A stretch of DNA of 63,358 bases, filler included, from Collodictyon triciliatum (GCA_043381765.1; 6 parts of 6 records of this genome joined end to end with filler, not necessarily neighbours in it), one strand, 5' to 3'; positions 27,966-41,609 are shown, counted from the first letter of the whole stretch. Program-made: numbers and translations. Notes: generated by a model not told the origin, from the sequence alone.

Positions 27966-30900
27966 CTGGTCTCCCTTATATTTACTTCCTGTTGGGCAGA
28001 GGGACCAACATACAAGGTTTTCATTCATCGTGCAAATTAGATTAAAACACTCGATTGACATCAACGTCAGCCTTCCTCTATTTCCCTATCTTCAAATAAT
28101 CAATTCGCTCCCGTCAATTATTTTTTTTAAAAAGGAAAATGATACACCTTCATGTTCTTTAGGTGATCTCCCAGAATTTGTGAACTCGCCTTATCTCAAG
28201 ATCTTCGATTTTTCGTACTCTCATTTATCTGGTACGTTATCCTTTCCTATATTCCCTCTCCATCCATAGAAATTCCTACTTTGGATGACTAAAGAATATA
28301 AGATTAATGCAAATACCTGTTCTCTTTGATTGAAAGTATACGTAAAAAAATAAATAAAATTCGCTTCCTCCACTAAAATAAATTTCAGGATTTGTACCTA
28401 CATTCGAATACACACCATTCATTGAGGCTTTTAGCGTCTCCTACGTTCAGATGCAGGGTATGTTTCAGTCATATCCCTCCCATATATCCCTCACTTGTGA
28501 GAATATTGTATTCCTTATTTTCAATCAAAAATTACAGTCTTTGAATCGAATAAAGGAAAAAAATTAAAAAATACAGTATTTTTAAAGTCAGAATTATCTA
28601 TTAAAGAGTCCATGAAAAATGGTCAGTCCTGAGAGCATTTCCTTATAGGTGTTCCAGCAACCATGTTAGCTCCTAGATTATTGACATTTCTAGTATCTGG
28701 GAGCTACGTCGGGGGTTTGAAAATGAACTCATCTTTATACTCATTAATTTTTTTTTATCTTTGTTCTCTACTATTTTTTTAAGAATGCTTATGATAATAC
28801 TAGCACTATTAATACAACAATAATTAGACTTTGTCTATGGTGTATGATAATGGATTAAATCGAACAGAGAAAAAACCAGTAATCATAACAATTGTGCATT
28901 TTTCAACACTAAAACCTCGCAGATGGCGCCAACTTATCCGGGTTTCCCTCGCTAAGATACTTGGACCTCAGTTCCAACCAACTAACAAGTACAAATCTAG
29001 CATTCTTTTACATATATACATATTTTGAAGACGAATATACATTGGTTCGCTATAAATACTTCTCCGTATCCAACAGAACTACCTGACATATCCAATTGCA
29101 AGACCCTCATCTACCTCCAGCTGTCGAATAACAAAATACAAGGTTTTCATGGAGTTTTCTTCATGGTTTCATACAGTCTTAAACTCCCTCATTTAAAATT
29201 ACTAACAGATGAAAACATAAACAGATAACTTTCCAAACTTTGAGAATAATCCGCTCATGTCCTTTGTGTATTTGGGAAACAACTTCTTCTACGGTAAGAA
29301 TACATTTCGATTTCTTATCACTGAATTTCGATGATTGACGATGATATCTTTCCCAACATTTACATGAACTCTGAATCAATTGTTGTATTTACCATAGGAA
29401 CTATACCCAATCTCAATCTATCAGTTTTATATGACCTACAAATGTCATCGAATAAGTTAAGCGGTAATTCCCCCCTTTACTTGAATGTTAAGCGGTAATT
29501 TAAACGCGGTTCTCTTTACACATCATTCTCTCTATTCATACCTCAATATATTCGTGGTGGTATTGTCCAATCCGCAGTTTATTTGTCTCATTACACTCTT
29601 ACGTAATAATTTTTTAAAGCATCCGGTAAATACAAAGCGAACCTTTGTTATATCGTTAACTTCATAATATATTGCTAACGATACAACTTTTATTTTTATT
29701 TGCTTGTTGTTTTAATTATATATTCAATCCATCGTGTGTAGGTCCAATACCTGATCTTGAGAGCTCACCGCTTCTATACAATCTATTTGCCCCTCAAAAT
29801 TATCTGACAGGTATCAGGCACCATCAGTTTTTAATCATTTTTAATTCCTTAGGTTTGTCTATAACACTCTACTATCAAATTTAACCAATTAATAAAATAG
29901 GGAGCTTACCAAACGTCACACATCCTCAGATAATCAATTTAGTCTTGATGGATAATTTCCTGACAGGTGATATCAATTTCATCTGTCCCAGCCAAATTAC
30001 TCTTTAAATTTTCTACGATATCGTACATCATATACACAACTATTAATTTTCTCTTTTGATTAGGCACAATACCAGATATGAACTCTCCTGCGTTACTGTA
30101 CTTGGATATATCAAACAACTTTATCTCGGGTTCGTCTCAGTATTTTTATTATTTCTGCGCAAAAATTGTACATGAATCACCAAACAGTATAAAATTGATT
30201 GATATGTTGCAATTTCAGGTCCATTTAAAATATTGCGAAATTGTCGAAGAATAAGTTCAATCTCAGCAAATTTCAATCAATTTACTGGTATGGATACTCT
30301 AAACTTCTAATGTGCCGATACCAACAGTCTTTTTTTTTTTTTCATACAGTTCCTTTCTGATTGATTTTGTTGCAATTATTTTAGGGGCCATTCCGGAGTT
30401 AGAGAGCAACACTCTAACGTATGTGTCTGTTTCTCGTTCATATCTCTCAGGTTTGTACTCTGATAAGCAAATCAGATGTTGAGACAGTCTTATGTAAAAT
30501 TACCCATACCAATTCCATTCAGCATTTCTGTTTGTTTTTAAAATCCAACCATTGTGTTTCATGGAGAAAAAAACTATCATAGGAACCCTCCCTTCATTGA
30601 TTCGTGCTCCGTTTTTATACTACATCGATTTTTCGTTCAACAAAATCACTGGTATGTCATTCCCCATTGCAAGGACAAATTGGTCTCTGTTAATTTTTCC
30701 TTATGTTTTTTATATACTTAGGAAATGTGGATGACTTCAATTCAACTATTTTAACCACCGCCATATTGAGCTACAATTCTCTTGGAGGTGTGTCATTATG
30801 ATTCCTATACCTTTTTTTCATCTACTGCTAATCTTATATGATGGTTCTTATCAAAGTTAAATAAATTCATAGACTCTGGATTGTCTGAAACAAATTAATA

Positions 30901-33900
30901 ATAAATGAAAAAAAAGGTGTCCTATTTATTGTCCCATGAGCTAGCATCTAATCAACATCATACTTAGGAACACTGTCTAATACAATGAATGCCCCAAGGC
31001 TTTCTGCGCTGGACCTGTCATCAAATATGCTCTCTGGTAAAATCGCATTTTTTTATTATTCAAGAATGATTATAATCTTTATCGGAAGTGACTTCGTTAA
31101 AGAAAAAAAATCACCACTCACGCTTCGTGTAATAATATGAAGAAAAAACCAAATATAAAAATCACAACAGGAACCGTACCAAATTTTAATGGGTCAATAA
31201 TTTCTCTACAGTTGCAGCGTAATAAATTAGAAGGTTTGATTTTACCATCAGCTCAGTATTCCCCACGCTATGCACATATAAACATCTTATCATTTTTAAT
31301 AGTCATAGCTTAAATAATACACATGTACTTTGGATAGGAACGTTGCCTACTCTCCATAACCTTGGTAACTTACAATTACTGAATGCTGGCTCGAATCTGT
31401 TCACAGGTAAGCCAAATGTTAAGCTTCTGCGTATTTTTGTCTTTATTTGTTGTTAGCTCATTAGTAATTTTTTTTTTGTATTTATCTGTTACAGGTTCGA
31501 TACCGTCATACAAGATTCCAACGCTTGGTTTTCTAGACCTTTCTTCCAATATGCTTGAATGTGAGGCACAATATATTTCATAATACATCGCTTATAAATT
31601 CGTCCGAAGCATTTTTTCTTTTGGGAATTATCCCTTGTGGCCACTGTTTTCAAAAATTAACCTTCATTAAAAAACACCATTTTTTTTTTTTTAAAAAAAA
31701 GCTCAAATACCTGACTTCGAGCTACCTAGCCTGTACTCTCTTGCTCTTAATAGCAACAAATTGAATGGTAAAGAGTTTCTTTCCAAAAAAAATAATTACA
31801 AAGTTGAAAATTAAACAACCGGACTAGATTATCATGGAGTATTTATTCATGTTTTACAACAATATCGCACCTAAATTTTACAATAAAATTACATGCAAAA
31901 ATTGGATAATATTTCAGCACTACCTACAACAGTTTGCTGAGAATGAAAAAAGATGTTTTCGCTACTACTTAATCTCTCCCCAAACAGGAACGATACCAAA
32001 CTTTTCCAAGATGACGACTTTGAATGTGCTAAGGCTTCAAGAGAATTTCATATCAGGTACGCATAAAAATGAGATAGCTCTCACCAAGACCCTTGATTAT
32101 TTCTCTCTTAAGTTGAACTTATTAACCCTGGCCAGAAATTGGCATATGATAGTATTTGTTTCCTCCACTTAGGAGTCTTGAATTATTCTTTCTTATGTCT
32201 AAAAAAAACCGAACAAAAAAGGAACTATTCCGGACTTCCAGTATCTCCCAAATCTAGCTACCTTATATGCAGGGAATAATGAACTAACCGGTATTGTTTA
32301 TACCAGATTATTTTCTTTTATTTGTTTTGAAATTAGACGTTCCTCGAAAATATTTTTTTAACATTAACATTTAAATCACTATCGTCCGTATTCAAACTTC
32401 GTCCGCAAATAGGAAGGGTTGTCGACTTCAAAAACACTCCTTTTCTGACTGACTTGCAACTACCGGACAACTTTTTGACTTTTCTGCCAAATTTAAGGAA
32501 TCTTCCTCGTCTTCAAACCTTAGTTTTGAAGTCAAACCTTCTTCACCAGCCATTCCCAGACTTGAGCAAGTGTCCTTACCTGAAAAGCATCATTCTGAAT
32601 GAAAACCAGTTCTATGGGAGTGTTCCTTATATTGAAAACATTCACTTGGCGGGTATTTATCTCAGTGACAATAATCTTAATGGTTCATTGCCACATCTGT
32701 CACACATGACCCAACTGATGTTTGTTGATTTCTCGTTCAATAATTTCACTGGTCAAATTCCATTCGATTATGGTTACTTTACCGGTCTTCAGAGTATATC
32801 TTTGGCATTTAACTCTCTCAGTGGGTTCGTATCAAACGAATTTTGGAATCTGCAATCACTGGACAACATCGACTTTAGTTACAACCAGTTCGAAGCAGAC
32901 CTGTTCAAATTCATCTGCTCTGAATCTTGCTATCTGAATTCATACTCAAGTCTCAAGGTTGCAGGCAATCATCTTCATGGCCCCTTAATCGGAGCTGTTT
33001 TTGATCTGATGCCGACGCTCAAGAATTTGGATCTTTCAAACAACCAGATTACATCGCTTGGCGAATTAAGCGTGGTTCATTCACTTATCTCCATGGATTT
33101 GTCACGCAATCCATTGACAGGGCCGATTCCGGATACTTATGAATCTTTCTATTCCATGAATTACTTGAACGTAACATCTTCTCGTCTCAATCACGGGAAT
33201 ATGACTCTTTTACCCAGTTTCATGATGAAGAGCAATAATTACCTCTTGAAAAATGAGGACGACAAGTACCTTTGTCCCACTCTTACGTCCAGAATCAGTC
33301 CTCTGGTCTCATATTACGTAGATGCCGACTACTATGACTTTGAGTTTTGCAAGTGTCTTCCTGACTACTTTGGATACGCCGGCAAATGTCTCAAGTGCCC
33401 ATCAGAGTGCGACTGTTCCATAAGCAATAGGATTGGATATTGCTTTGCAAGCCCTAGCGTCACCGAAATTGAGGTGATTACTCCCTGTCCGGATCTTAAC
33501 TCTTGCCTGATGGAAATATCATCAGAGGGCATCAATACAAACGGATGTGTCGAAGGTTATGAGGGTCGTGTTTGCTCAAAGTGCCAGGATGGCTATGGAA
33601 AACTGGGACGCAGTTGCAAAAAGTGTGATGATAAGGCCTCCATCGCAATCATAGTTCTTGTTTGTTGGGGGTACATCTGGTTTGCATACTATACATTCCA
33701 GGCCACCCCAAGAGCATCAGGTCAGCCAGGAACTCTTCTCTTTTTTTCTTTTAAAAAAATATTCATTTTTTGCTTTGTTCGTCACCATGATATTAGCCCA
33801 TATGTTTTAAAATGAATATTTACATATTCCATTATTTCCTATTCCCTTAAGAAAGATATACTGAGCGTGCGTATAATTTTCGTCTAGGAAAAATGAAGAT

Positions 33901-35446
33901 TTTCTTATTCCACATCCAAACCCTGTCCATCCTGTGGAACTCTATCCAATCCTCAGCACTGAATCAGTTGATTGACGTTGCTTCCTCGGTTGGTTCTGGC
34001 AGTTTCCCGTCACTCTCGTGTGTCTTTGAGTCGACATCAGCAACTACTATTGTGTTGTTTAGTGTCATCCGAATCCCTATTATTGTAGCGATTGGTGTAT
34101 GTGGATTCTTTGTATCCGGAGGAACCAACCGTGACAAGGTAAGCTCCAAGTGATAGCCTAAACCGCCGTCCAATTGCTCAGACAACAATATGTTAGTGCC
34201 TTTTTAGCAATAGGTAATGATAAAGTATATGTGCATTTAGGTGGTTTATGTGGCCTTGCTCTCTCTGCACATGCTTTACTACGGAGTCTCACGCGACGTC
34301 TTCAGTTCCATAAGTTGCACATTGCACGACTCTGGCTTTGATGAGATGTATCTCAACGCATTCCCTTGGATTTCGTGCGAGTCGTCAAACCCTGAGTTCA
34401 CAGACCTTATCAAGATGGGTGTTCCATTTCTTGTGTTTTATGTCGTTGCGTTGCCCCTTGTCTTTTTCTACATTTTGCGGCAAAACGCAAACAGCTATGA
34501 CGACCCCATGATTTACCAACGATACGGATTTCTGTTTATTAACTACCACCACGTACGCAATTCAATTTGTTATATTCTGTTACACTTTTCTTTTCCTTCA
34601 AGAATCATAGGTTCAAAAACGCTATTTCTTTTTCTTCTTCTTCTTTTATAAAGAAAAGTAAGTACATAAAAAAAATGTCTAGAACTACTATTATTGGGAT
34701 TTGATAATCCTCGCTCGACGAACATCACTCGCGCTGGTCACGACGGTCATCCCATATACCGAAAAGGCTGCGCTTTACATCACACTGTTTCTCATCTTCC
34801 AGGTAAATATCTCCACCAAGCCGACTCGCTGGTCTTGCTTATCTCCCTATTTCTTTCTTTGCCCATCTCTTTCTACTCCATTTCTTTGTCTTTCACTCTT
34901 TCTGTCTCTTATTTCCTCGCTTCCTTAGCTGCCCATTCCCTTCATTTATTTTGTTCGTTCTTCTTTTTCTATTTTCTTTGTCCTTTGCAGATTTCAATCT
35001 GGCTGCAACACCGATTCAACCCGTACAAGACGGAGGAGGAAAACATCGCGGAAATCTCGAGCCTGTATCTGATATACTTTTCGTTCTTTGGGGGTCTCAT
35101 CACCACGTTTGTGCCGGGGCTGGACTGGCTCAAGATTCTGATTCTGGTGGCAAACGTCGTCTTCATCGGCGGCTTCCTGTGCATCGGCTTCGGCGTCTCG
35201 GCCGTGAAGTCGCTGATGCAGCGGTCGTCGCCCGTCTCGATGATTAGGACAGGCGTTGGCAGGAGCAACAGCAGCAGTAGAGACAGCAACAACCACCAAG
35301 CCGCGCAAACTGCTTCCAGCGCAACGCAGTCGCACAAGTATCAGTCGGAGCCCACCGCATCTGCAGACCAGGAAGGCGCGCCCCAGCCGAAGTCGTTTGC
35401 CGGCGGCGATGTCCCGGCTGCTTCGACGACCGGAGAGGGTGTCTGA
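27966..35446 (+). CDS. LRR + Cys-rich + multi-pass membrane protein (5'-truncated by contig edge)
   Basis: 21 complete single-LRR exons (GxIP...LxxNxLxG) at 28163-32290. Long exon 32413-33720 has more LRRs and CKCLPDYFG...CVEGYEGRVCSKCQDGY. Then ~8-9 hydrophobic helices with YGFLF..Y / YWDLIILARR / PYKTEEEN motifs. Stop TGA 35446. Confidence 0.9.
28526..28577 (+). mobile_element. Family A micro-insertion (intronic)
   Basis: CTTTGAATCGAATAAAGGAAAAAAA at 28539-28563 between CAAAAATTACAGT and TAAAAAATACAGT. Confidence 0.65.
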
Positions 35447-35889
35447 TGGCCGCCCTGCCTGATTGTTGCTCCAACTCCTTTTCTTTTCTTTTTTTTAACT
35501 TCCCCGTTAATGGCGATGATGCCGCCTCATTTTGGGGTGCGATGTTCTCTCTTGGCGCTGCTGTGCCTTTTCTTAATTATTACCGTCATCACCATCACCT
35601 CCCAGCGCCGAAATGCAAATATGCGTTGCGATGCTTGGCTTTTGGGCCACAGCAGTCGTTCTAGTTACTTTGCCAGAGAAAAAAAAATATGCACACAATA
35701 AAGAATAATAATAAATGTGTTTTCTTCCTTTGTCGCTCACTCACCCAACAAATCCACCAGTCTCACCCTCAACAACGACGACGACTCCCTGCCTCCTCTG
35801 TTTCTGTCTCTTTCCCTTTCCCTTTGAGTTCCTAATTCATTTAAGCCTGCACTTTTTCTCTTTGCTGGCCAAGCGCAGCTGTGCGGCAT

Positions 35890-38800
35890 TTATTCTCTCC
35901 ATTCAGTCCCGGTGCTGTGTGCGATGAATGCGTAAATGTCTGCTGCTTCGTCCAGAACCTTTGTGGTGGGTCGTCCTGCGCCGTGCCCTGACTGGAAGGG
36001 AGGGGGTTTTTTTTTTAATTCGCTTTTTAAGCGTCAGGCTCTCTGTAGCTTTCTTTTTGTTTCTCTATCTTTATCTCTCTTCTTAGTTCTTGTTGTTCAA
36101 ATGTAATCAAAGCTGATGAAGGAGATTGCCTTTGTGTCGATGCGGATTAAAAGCGGGTTTGTCTGGTACGGCTCGCTTCCCAGTTCATACTAAGCATCAT
36201 AGACATCAGTGTTATATTGTATCGCGAATTAGACTAGAAACTCTATGATGAAATATGAACAAAGACGAGCGAATATTCCAGTGCCTTACATATGCATTTT
36301 ATCCTTTTATTTGACGACTTTTCAAAATGGAAAACCAAAGTGTAAACACAGGATTCGTTCAATTGACATTTATTGTAATTTCTTTTTTTTTTTAAAAAAA
36401 AAAAAAGAAAAAGGAAAGAAAATTATAAAAGTAAAAATATGTATAACATGTAAAAAAACCTGAAGCGCTGATATGTATTTGTAGCTGTGGAGCGGAACCA
36501 CACGGTCGTCGTGGTCGGCTGTCGTTAGCAGCACACTGGGAAATGGCGTTCCCTTTTTGATTGTGTGGAGGGGAGAGTACCTAAACGAAATAATCATGCC
36601 ATACCAGTCAGAGGAATTGCTCGAAAGAGAAAGAGAAAGAGAAAGAGAAAGAGAAAGAGAAAGAGAAAGAGAAAGAGAAAGAGAAAGAGAAAGAGAAAGA
36701 GAAAGAGAAAGAGAAAGAGAAAGAGAAAAGGAGAAACCATACTTGATTAAGTACTCAAAGTCCTCTGCCTTATCGGCACAGCCGTAATCAGAAACCCAGA
36801 AGTGGCCGATGGTGAACTTGTGAAACCTAAGCATGTCCAAGACACCCACCTGGGCAATTGCACATCCGAAAAGATCTGGACGTTGGTTGATGCATGCGCC
36901 AACAAGCAACCCGCCGTTGCTCCCGCCACAGATGGACAGTCTGCAAAGATGGTTGGTTATAAAGACTCATTCGATTAATCCAAAGAGAAGAGAAAAAGCA
37001 ATTTTTTTTTAAAAGAAAGGAAAAGAAAAAGAAAAAGAAAAAGAAGCAGAATAGTATGATACAATGAAATCGAATTACTAATTGATATGGGTGTCTTTTT
37101 TTTTCCACTAATATTATCGAGGGTTTTGAATTAACTCATTTTTTTTTTTTTTTGCAGAAACGCTTTTGGTAGAGAAAAAAAAGAGTAAATAAATGAATAA
37201 ATCAGTGAATGTAGTTACTTTTGAGGTCGAGTGTACTTGTTATCAATGAGATACTGGGCGGCGTTCTGTATGTTATTTTGAAATTAGAAAAAAAAATTCC
37301 TTCATAAGGGTCTTCATCTTTTGTCCTCATTTGTTCGATAATTATTCGGTATATATCGAAATCTCAATCATTCATTTACAGCGCTCAATCCTTAGTTAAG
37401 TAAAGTAAAAAAAAAAAAACTTTTTAAAAAAACCTGGAAATCGTCAAACACATTTTGTTTGCGAGCCAAAATCCCTTTTTCGTGCCATTCTTCTCCATAT
37501 TCACCACTTTACATATAGTAATTATAGTATTTAGGGGATAGGTATGGATTTAATCGTCTTCTCAAAAGTTGGATGGGGAATGAATGATACCCTCCTCGCA
37601 GATTTGGGATTGCGAGTACACCTTCGTAGTGTTGCAAGAACACAAGTCGATTTGAGCTAAAATGAATCATGAGATATGAGATTACAAAATATATCTCAAG
37701 CAATAATGACATGTATTTGTCCATAGCAGACTTTTGAATAACCTGAAAGTCGGTGTAAGTGAAATGGAGAACCCTCCATATCCATACAAAAATGTCATAT
37801 TGTTTCCGTCCAGTGCGATTCCCTGGTAAAAAAAAAAAATGAAAAAAATGGAAAGAAAGAAATCAGTGTATCGTAGTTACTGATGTCTTTATATACTACA
37901 CCCATTAAGAGATTAACAGTCGACGCAAAGTCACCAACATACATACTTGACATACGAATCGTATAGAAAGAATGATTCCCCACCTTCTTGCTGATGATAA
38001 ACATAGGTATTTTATCTCCACCGGTACTTTCATAAAAGACCTGGACAACTTCATATGCTGATGGGTCGAACCCTTGAACTTTAGACTCAAACCACAGGGT
38101 TTGCTTTTTCGTGGTGAAGTCGTAGTGGAATACAGAACCGGGATAGAGGAACGAACCAAACTTGAAGAAAAGCTCAGATTCTGTCATATATGAAAAGATA
38201 AGAGTAAAACGAAGTATCATCGGTCTTGGCCATAGTGTTTTAAAAAGTTTCCAAAAGCCTACGGTTGTGCTTTCCTTGCGCATCCATTATTGAGCCGAAG
38301 CTCGGTAAATCAAAAGTATGTAGATATTTTCCTTCCAAATCATACAGCTCAATAATTTCCTGAGATACATAGATTTAATCCCTCAATTTGTGTGATGGAG
38401 TAATTTTTTTGAAAATAAAATAAAATGAAAAGTAGGCCAAGTCATAGTACGCACCTTGACGTCGCGAAGATACTTCACCACCATATTGTCTGTGTTCACA
38501 CAGAATCCCCACTCCATGGGCTCATTCTTTTGGGGGATAACTTCGGTCCATTTATCCTGCATTTTAAGTCGATTAATGTGTAAATATATACAATCCTCGC
38601 CCATAAGGTAAATTATGGTCTACCTCAGATGGGTTGGCAATATCAATAGAAATGATCCGGTACTTGGGAGCATTCTTATTGGTCTAAAAGCAAGCAGCGT
38701 ATAGTTGGCATAGGAACCAAGGTCAGTGAAAATAGGGAGACAGATTTGCCGGGACCAAATGAATTCTTATGAAGGAGTACCGAATTATTGCGTCATTTTA

Positions 38801-40647
38801 TAACCATGGAAAGTACCTGAAAGATAAAGCGTGTGCCAATACTGGTAATATAATTGTATCCAGCATCGAAATTGTCTATTAGCTTGGTCACAATGTACTT
38901 TCCTAAGCCCGTAGCAGAGAAGGCAGTGCCATGTATTGGTGTTGTATATATAAAGAACAACGATATAGTAGGATAGCAATACTATATTACAATATATGCA
39001 GAAATTATCGGCCGACCTGCTTCATCCTTTTGGATGTTGCTCAAGTCTACGTAGAAGACTTGGTTGACAGGTGCTGTGCTTTCGCTGCTTTCAATCAAGA
39101 GATATCTAACGAACCGTGTTGAATATTAGTGCTCAGTTTAAAAGCCTAATAGTCTAAAATATACAAAGATATCATAAGGACATGAAATACTTGCTTGGAA
39201 TCGTTCGTAACTGAAACAGAGTATATCCATTTCGGGTGCTCAAGTTCTTGATATATTATGATATCTTCCTCTTGGGAAGTATTAAGTTTGTGAAAGTAGA
39301 CCTATCCAAACACAGGCATATGTAGACAGTTAACATGTTACTATAGAATTATGCTAGGCCGCAGATGTAATTAACACTTTTGTGTATATGTATGGGATGA
39401 CATATTCTTCAAGAGTGTAGACCGCATTGTTGATGTTCTGATCGACTTCTGACCCACGAGCCTCTTCCTCCTGATTCACTCTTGATGAGGGCGCAGGGAA
39501 TCTCGAGTAGTAGAAGCCCGAATCATCAGGAGCCCAGGCGACACTGCCACACTTCATAGATTAGAAATGACGCAAGAATTTATACATCAAGAAAATAGTG
39601 TGTGAAGGATTTTTCATACCAATTTTTTTTTTTATTATTAATACCTGGAAAATTTAATCCACTGGAGCTTATCATCAAGGTCAGATACTGTTCTGGTATC
39701 ACGAATATATACAGTCTGCCAATCAGAACCGCTGAGTGATACTCCATATGCAAAAAAGGCACCAGAACTGCGTATATATCACAAAATATTCAAGGGATTA
39801 GGGAATCTTCATGACACACGGTAAACAATCTTAAAATAAAGACATGATGATTTTTTTATTCTTCCTTTCAATTTTGTGCAGGATGATGGAGATGTTGGCT
39901 TTGGTTCGCTAGCCATCGTTTGCATAAAGACATTATGTTGATTCCTTACTCAGAAAATTTGGTTAGTCCCAAAGCCGCTGTTCCATCAGCTGTGATGGCA
40001 TTTGGATCCAGAAACACCTTCATAATCATCAAAAAATGTGAAGTATGTGACTAACGAAGTGAATAAACGAGCCCTCAGTAACCCTAGCCTCCTCCATATC
40101 AACCCGATTGGTTTGATTATATAATTTTATCAAAACATCAATCATGGCAATGAGACATGTGTCCTTACTCTAGTCTCAGTAGAGTCGAGTGAATCTTGCA
40201 CATAAAGAATGCTCTGGTTCTGGAGACCCGAATTCTTGTAGAAGTAGTACTTTCCACCACGCTTAAAAGGACATCCTACTCGGCTGTAATCCATGTACTC
40301 TTCAAGCCTACAGATTGTTTCAGGATATAAACGGGATGCGTAATTAATGCTTGCACGAAATACATTTGTAATACTCATTTTGTTCCTGAAAATAGAAAGT
40401 GATAACAACACAGCGATTGTCCTCGTAATAATGAAAATATTATCGTCAGGAGTATATGCGTGAGTAGATATGTTGCGAAAGCTGAAGGATATCAACAAAC
40501 CTTTTCCGAATCTTTGCTCGGTCATTACATTTCGATAGATATTCTGATGTGACTGCATTTTGAGCCTCAACCCAGGTCTATGCGTATATATATTTCCGTC
40601 GAAGAAAAAAATATGCAAGCAATCAAGACAATACGCAAATAATGATA

Positions 40648-40706
<59 letters not shown>

Positions 40707-41063
40707 GATAATGATAATGATAATGATAATGATAATGATAATGATAATGATAATGATAATGATAATGATAATGATAAAAATGATAATAACAAAAACAAAA
40801 CAAAGAACAAAGAACAAAATAGCCGTAAAAACCTTTGTGGACTCTGCGTCAGGGTCTTCCAAGTGACGGTACGGATCGGGGATCTCTCTCCCGTGTAGTG
40901 TTTCCGCCACAGATCCACGAAGAGTCTCGGGATATTTGAAGGCCATCGATCGTCTGCATTGATTTTGGGGCACAGGGAAAAACAAGGACAAACAGGATTG
41001 TGGGCTGAGTCGCGCACAAAAGTTTTTGGGCGAGAAGCTGAAAGAGCGCAAAAGGCTGAGCAT
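35890..41063 (-). CDS. PREP: Prolyl oligopeptidase (S9A); conserved start 40946, upstream in-frame ATG 41063
   Basis: [55 protein letters not shown] (catalytic Ser), DHDDRVVP (Asp), SGHGAG (His); stop TAA 35890. Confidence 0.96.
36623..36729. repeat. (GAAAGA)n microsatellite, intronic
   Basis: Perfect hexamer run. Confidence 0.95.
39844..39888 (-). mobile_element. Family B micro-insertion (intronic)
   Basis: TTTTTTTATTCTTCCTTTCAATTTTGTGCAGG flanked by ATGATG at 39844-39849 and 39883-39888; differs from the 19.2-kb copy by one indel. Confidence 0.7.
40638..40790. repeat. (AATGAT)n/(AAT)n microsatellite, intronic
   Basis: Visible run in PREP intron 1. Confidence 0.95.
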
Positions 41064-41609
41064 CCCTTTCTGTTTATCTTATCCTGTTTATTTTCTGCTT
41101 TGGTGGTAATTCAACTCGAAAGGGTTTCTGCCTTGTCGGGGATTAGTCATCTCCTCTGAAGGACTGCAACTTTAATCAGATGATTATGACGATGAGGTTT
41201 ATTGCCCCTTCGGCGAAAACACCGAGCCATTAAGCGAATGGAACATTCGACAAGCAGGTACCGTATTGTTCATATATGGAAAATAAATTTATTTTTTCTT
41301 TATACCTGGTTATCCGCGGTTTTTATACCGGAAGGGGTAAATCAATCTTTCGATTAGTAAACCTGGTGCGCTCGTATCCAAGTTGTCACTACATTCTTCA
41401 CAACGATCGCGCAGCGGCGAAGGCTACCACGGGGTGACCCAATAGCCTGTTTATTATATTTTTACTAGGATGAGTAATTCTGTGGTTATAATGATATGTA
41501 ATGTCTTTGAATGAGGTGTGCGTAGCAAAATCAAATCTCAGCAACAACAGAACAAACAGCCAATATGAGGTGGGGAAAAGGACCTCGCTAACTCCTCGAA
41601 ACCTTTTTA

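Noticed and set aside
28163-32290. Regularly spaced units as a CRISPR-like array
   Set aside because: Units are divergent LRR exons bounded by AG/GT, not identical repeats.
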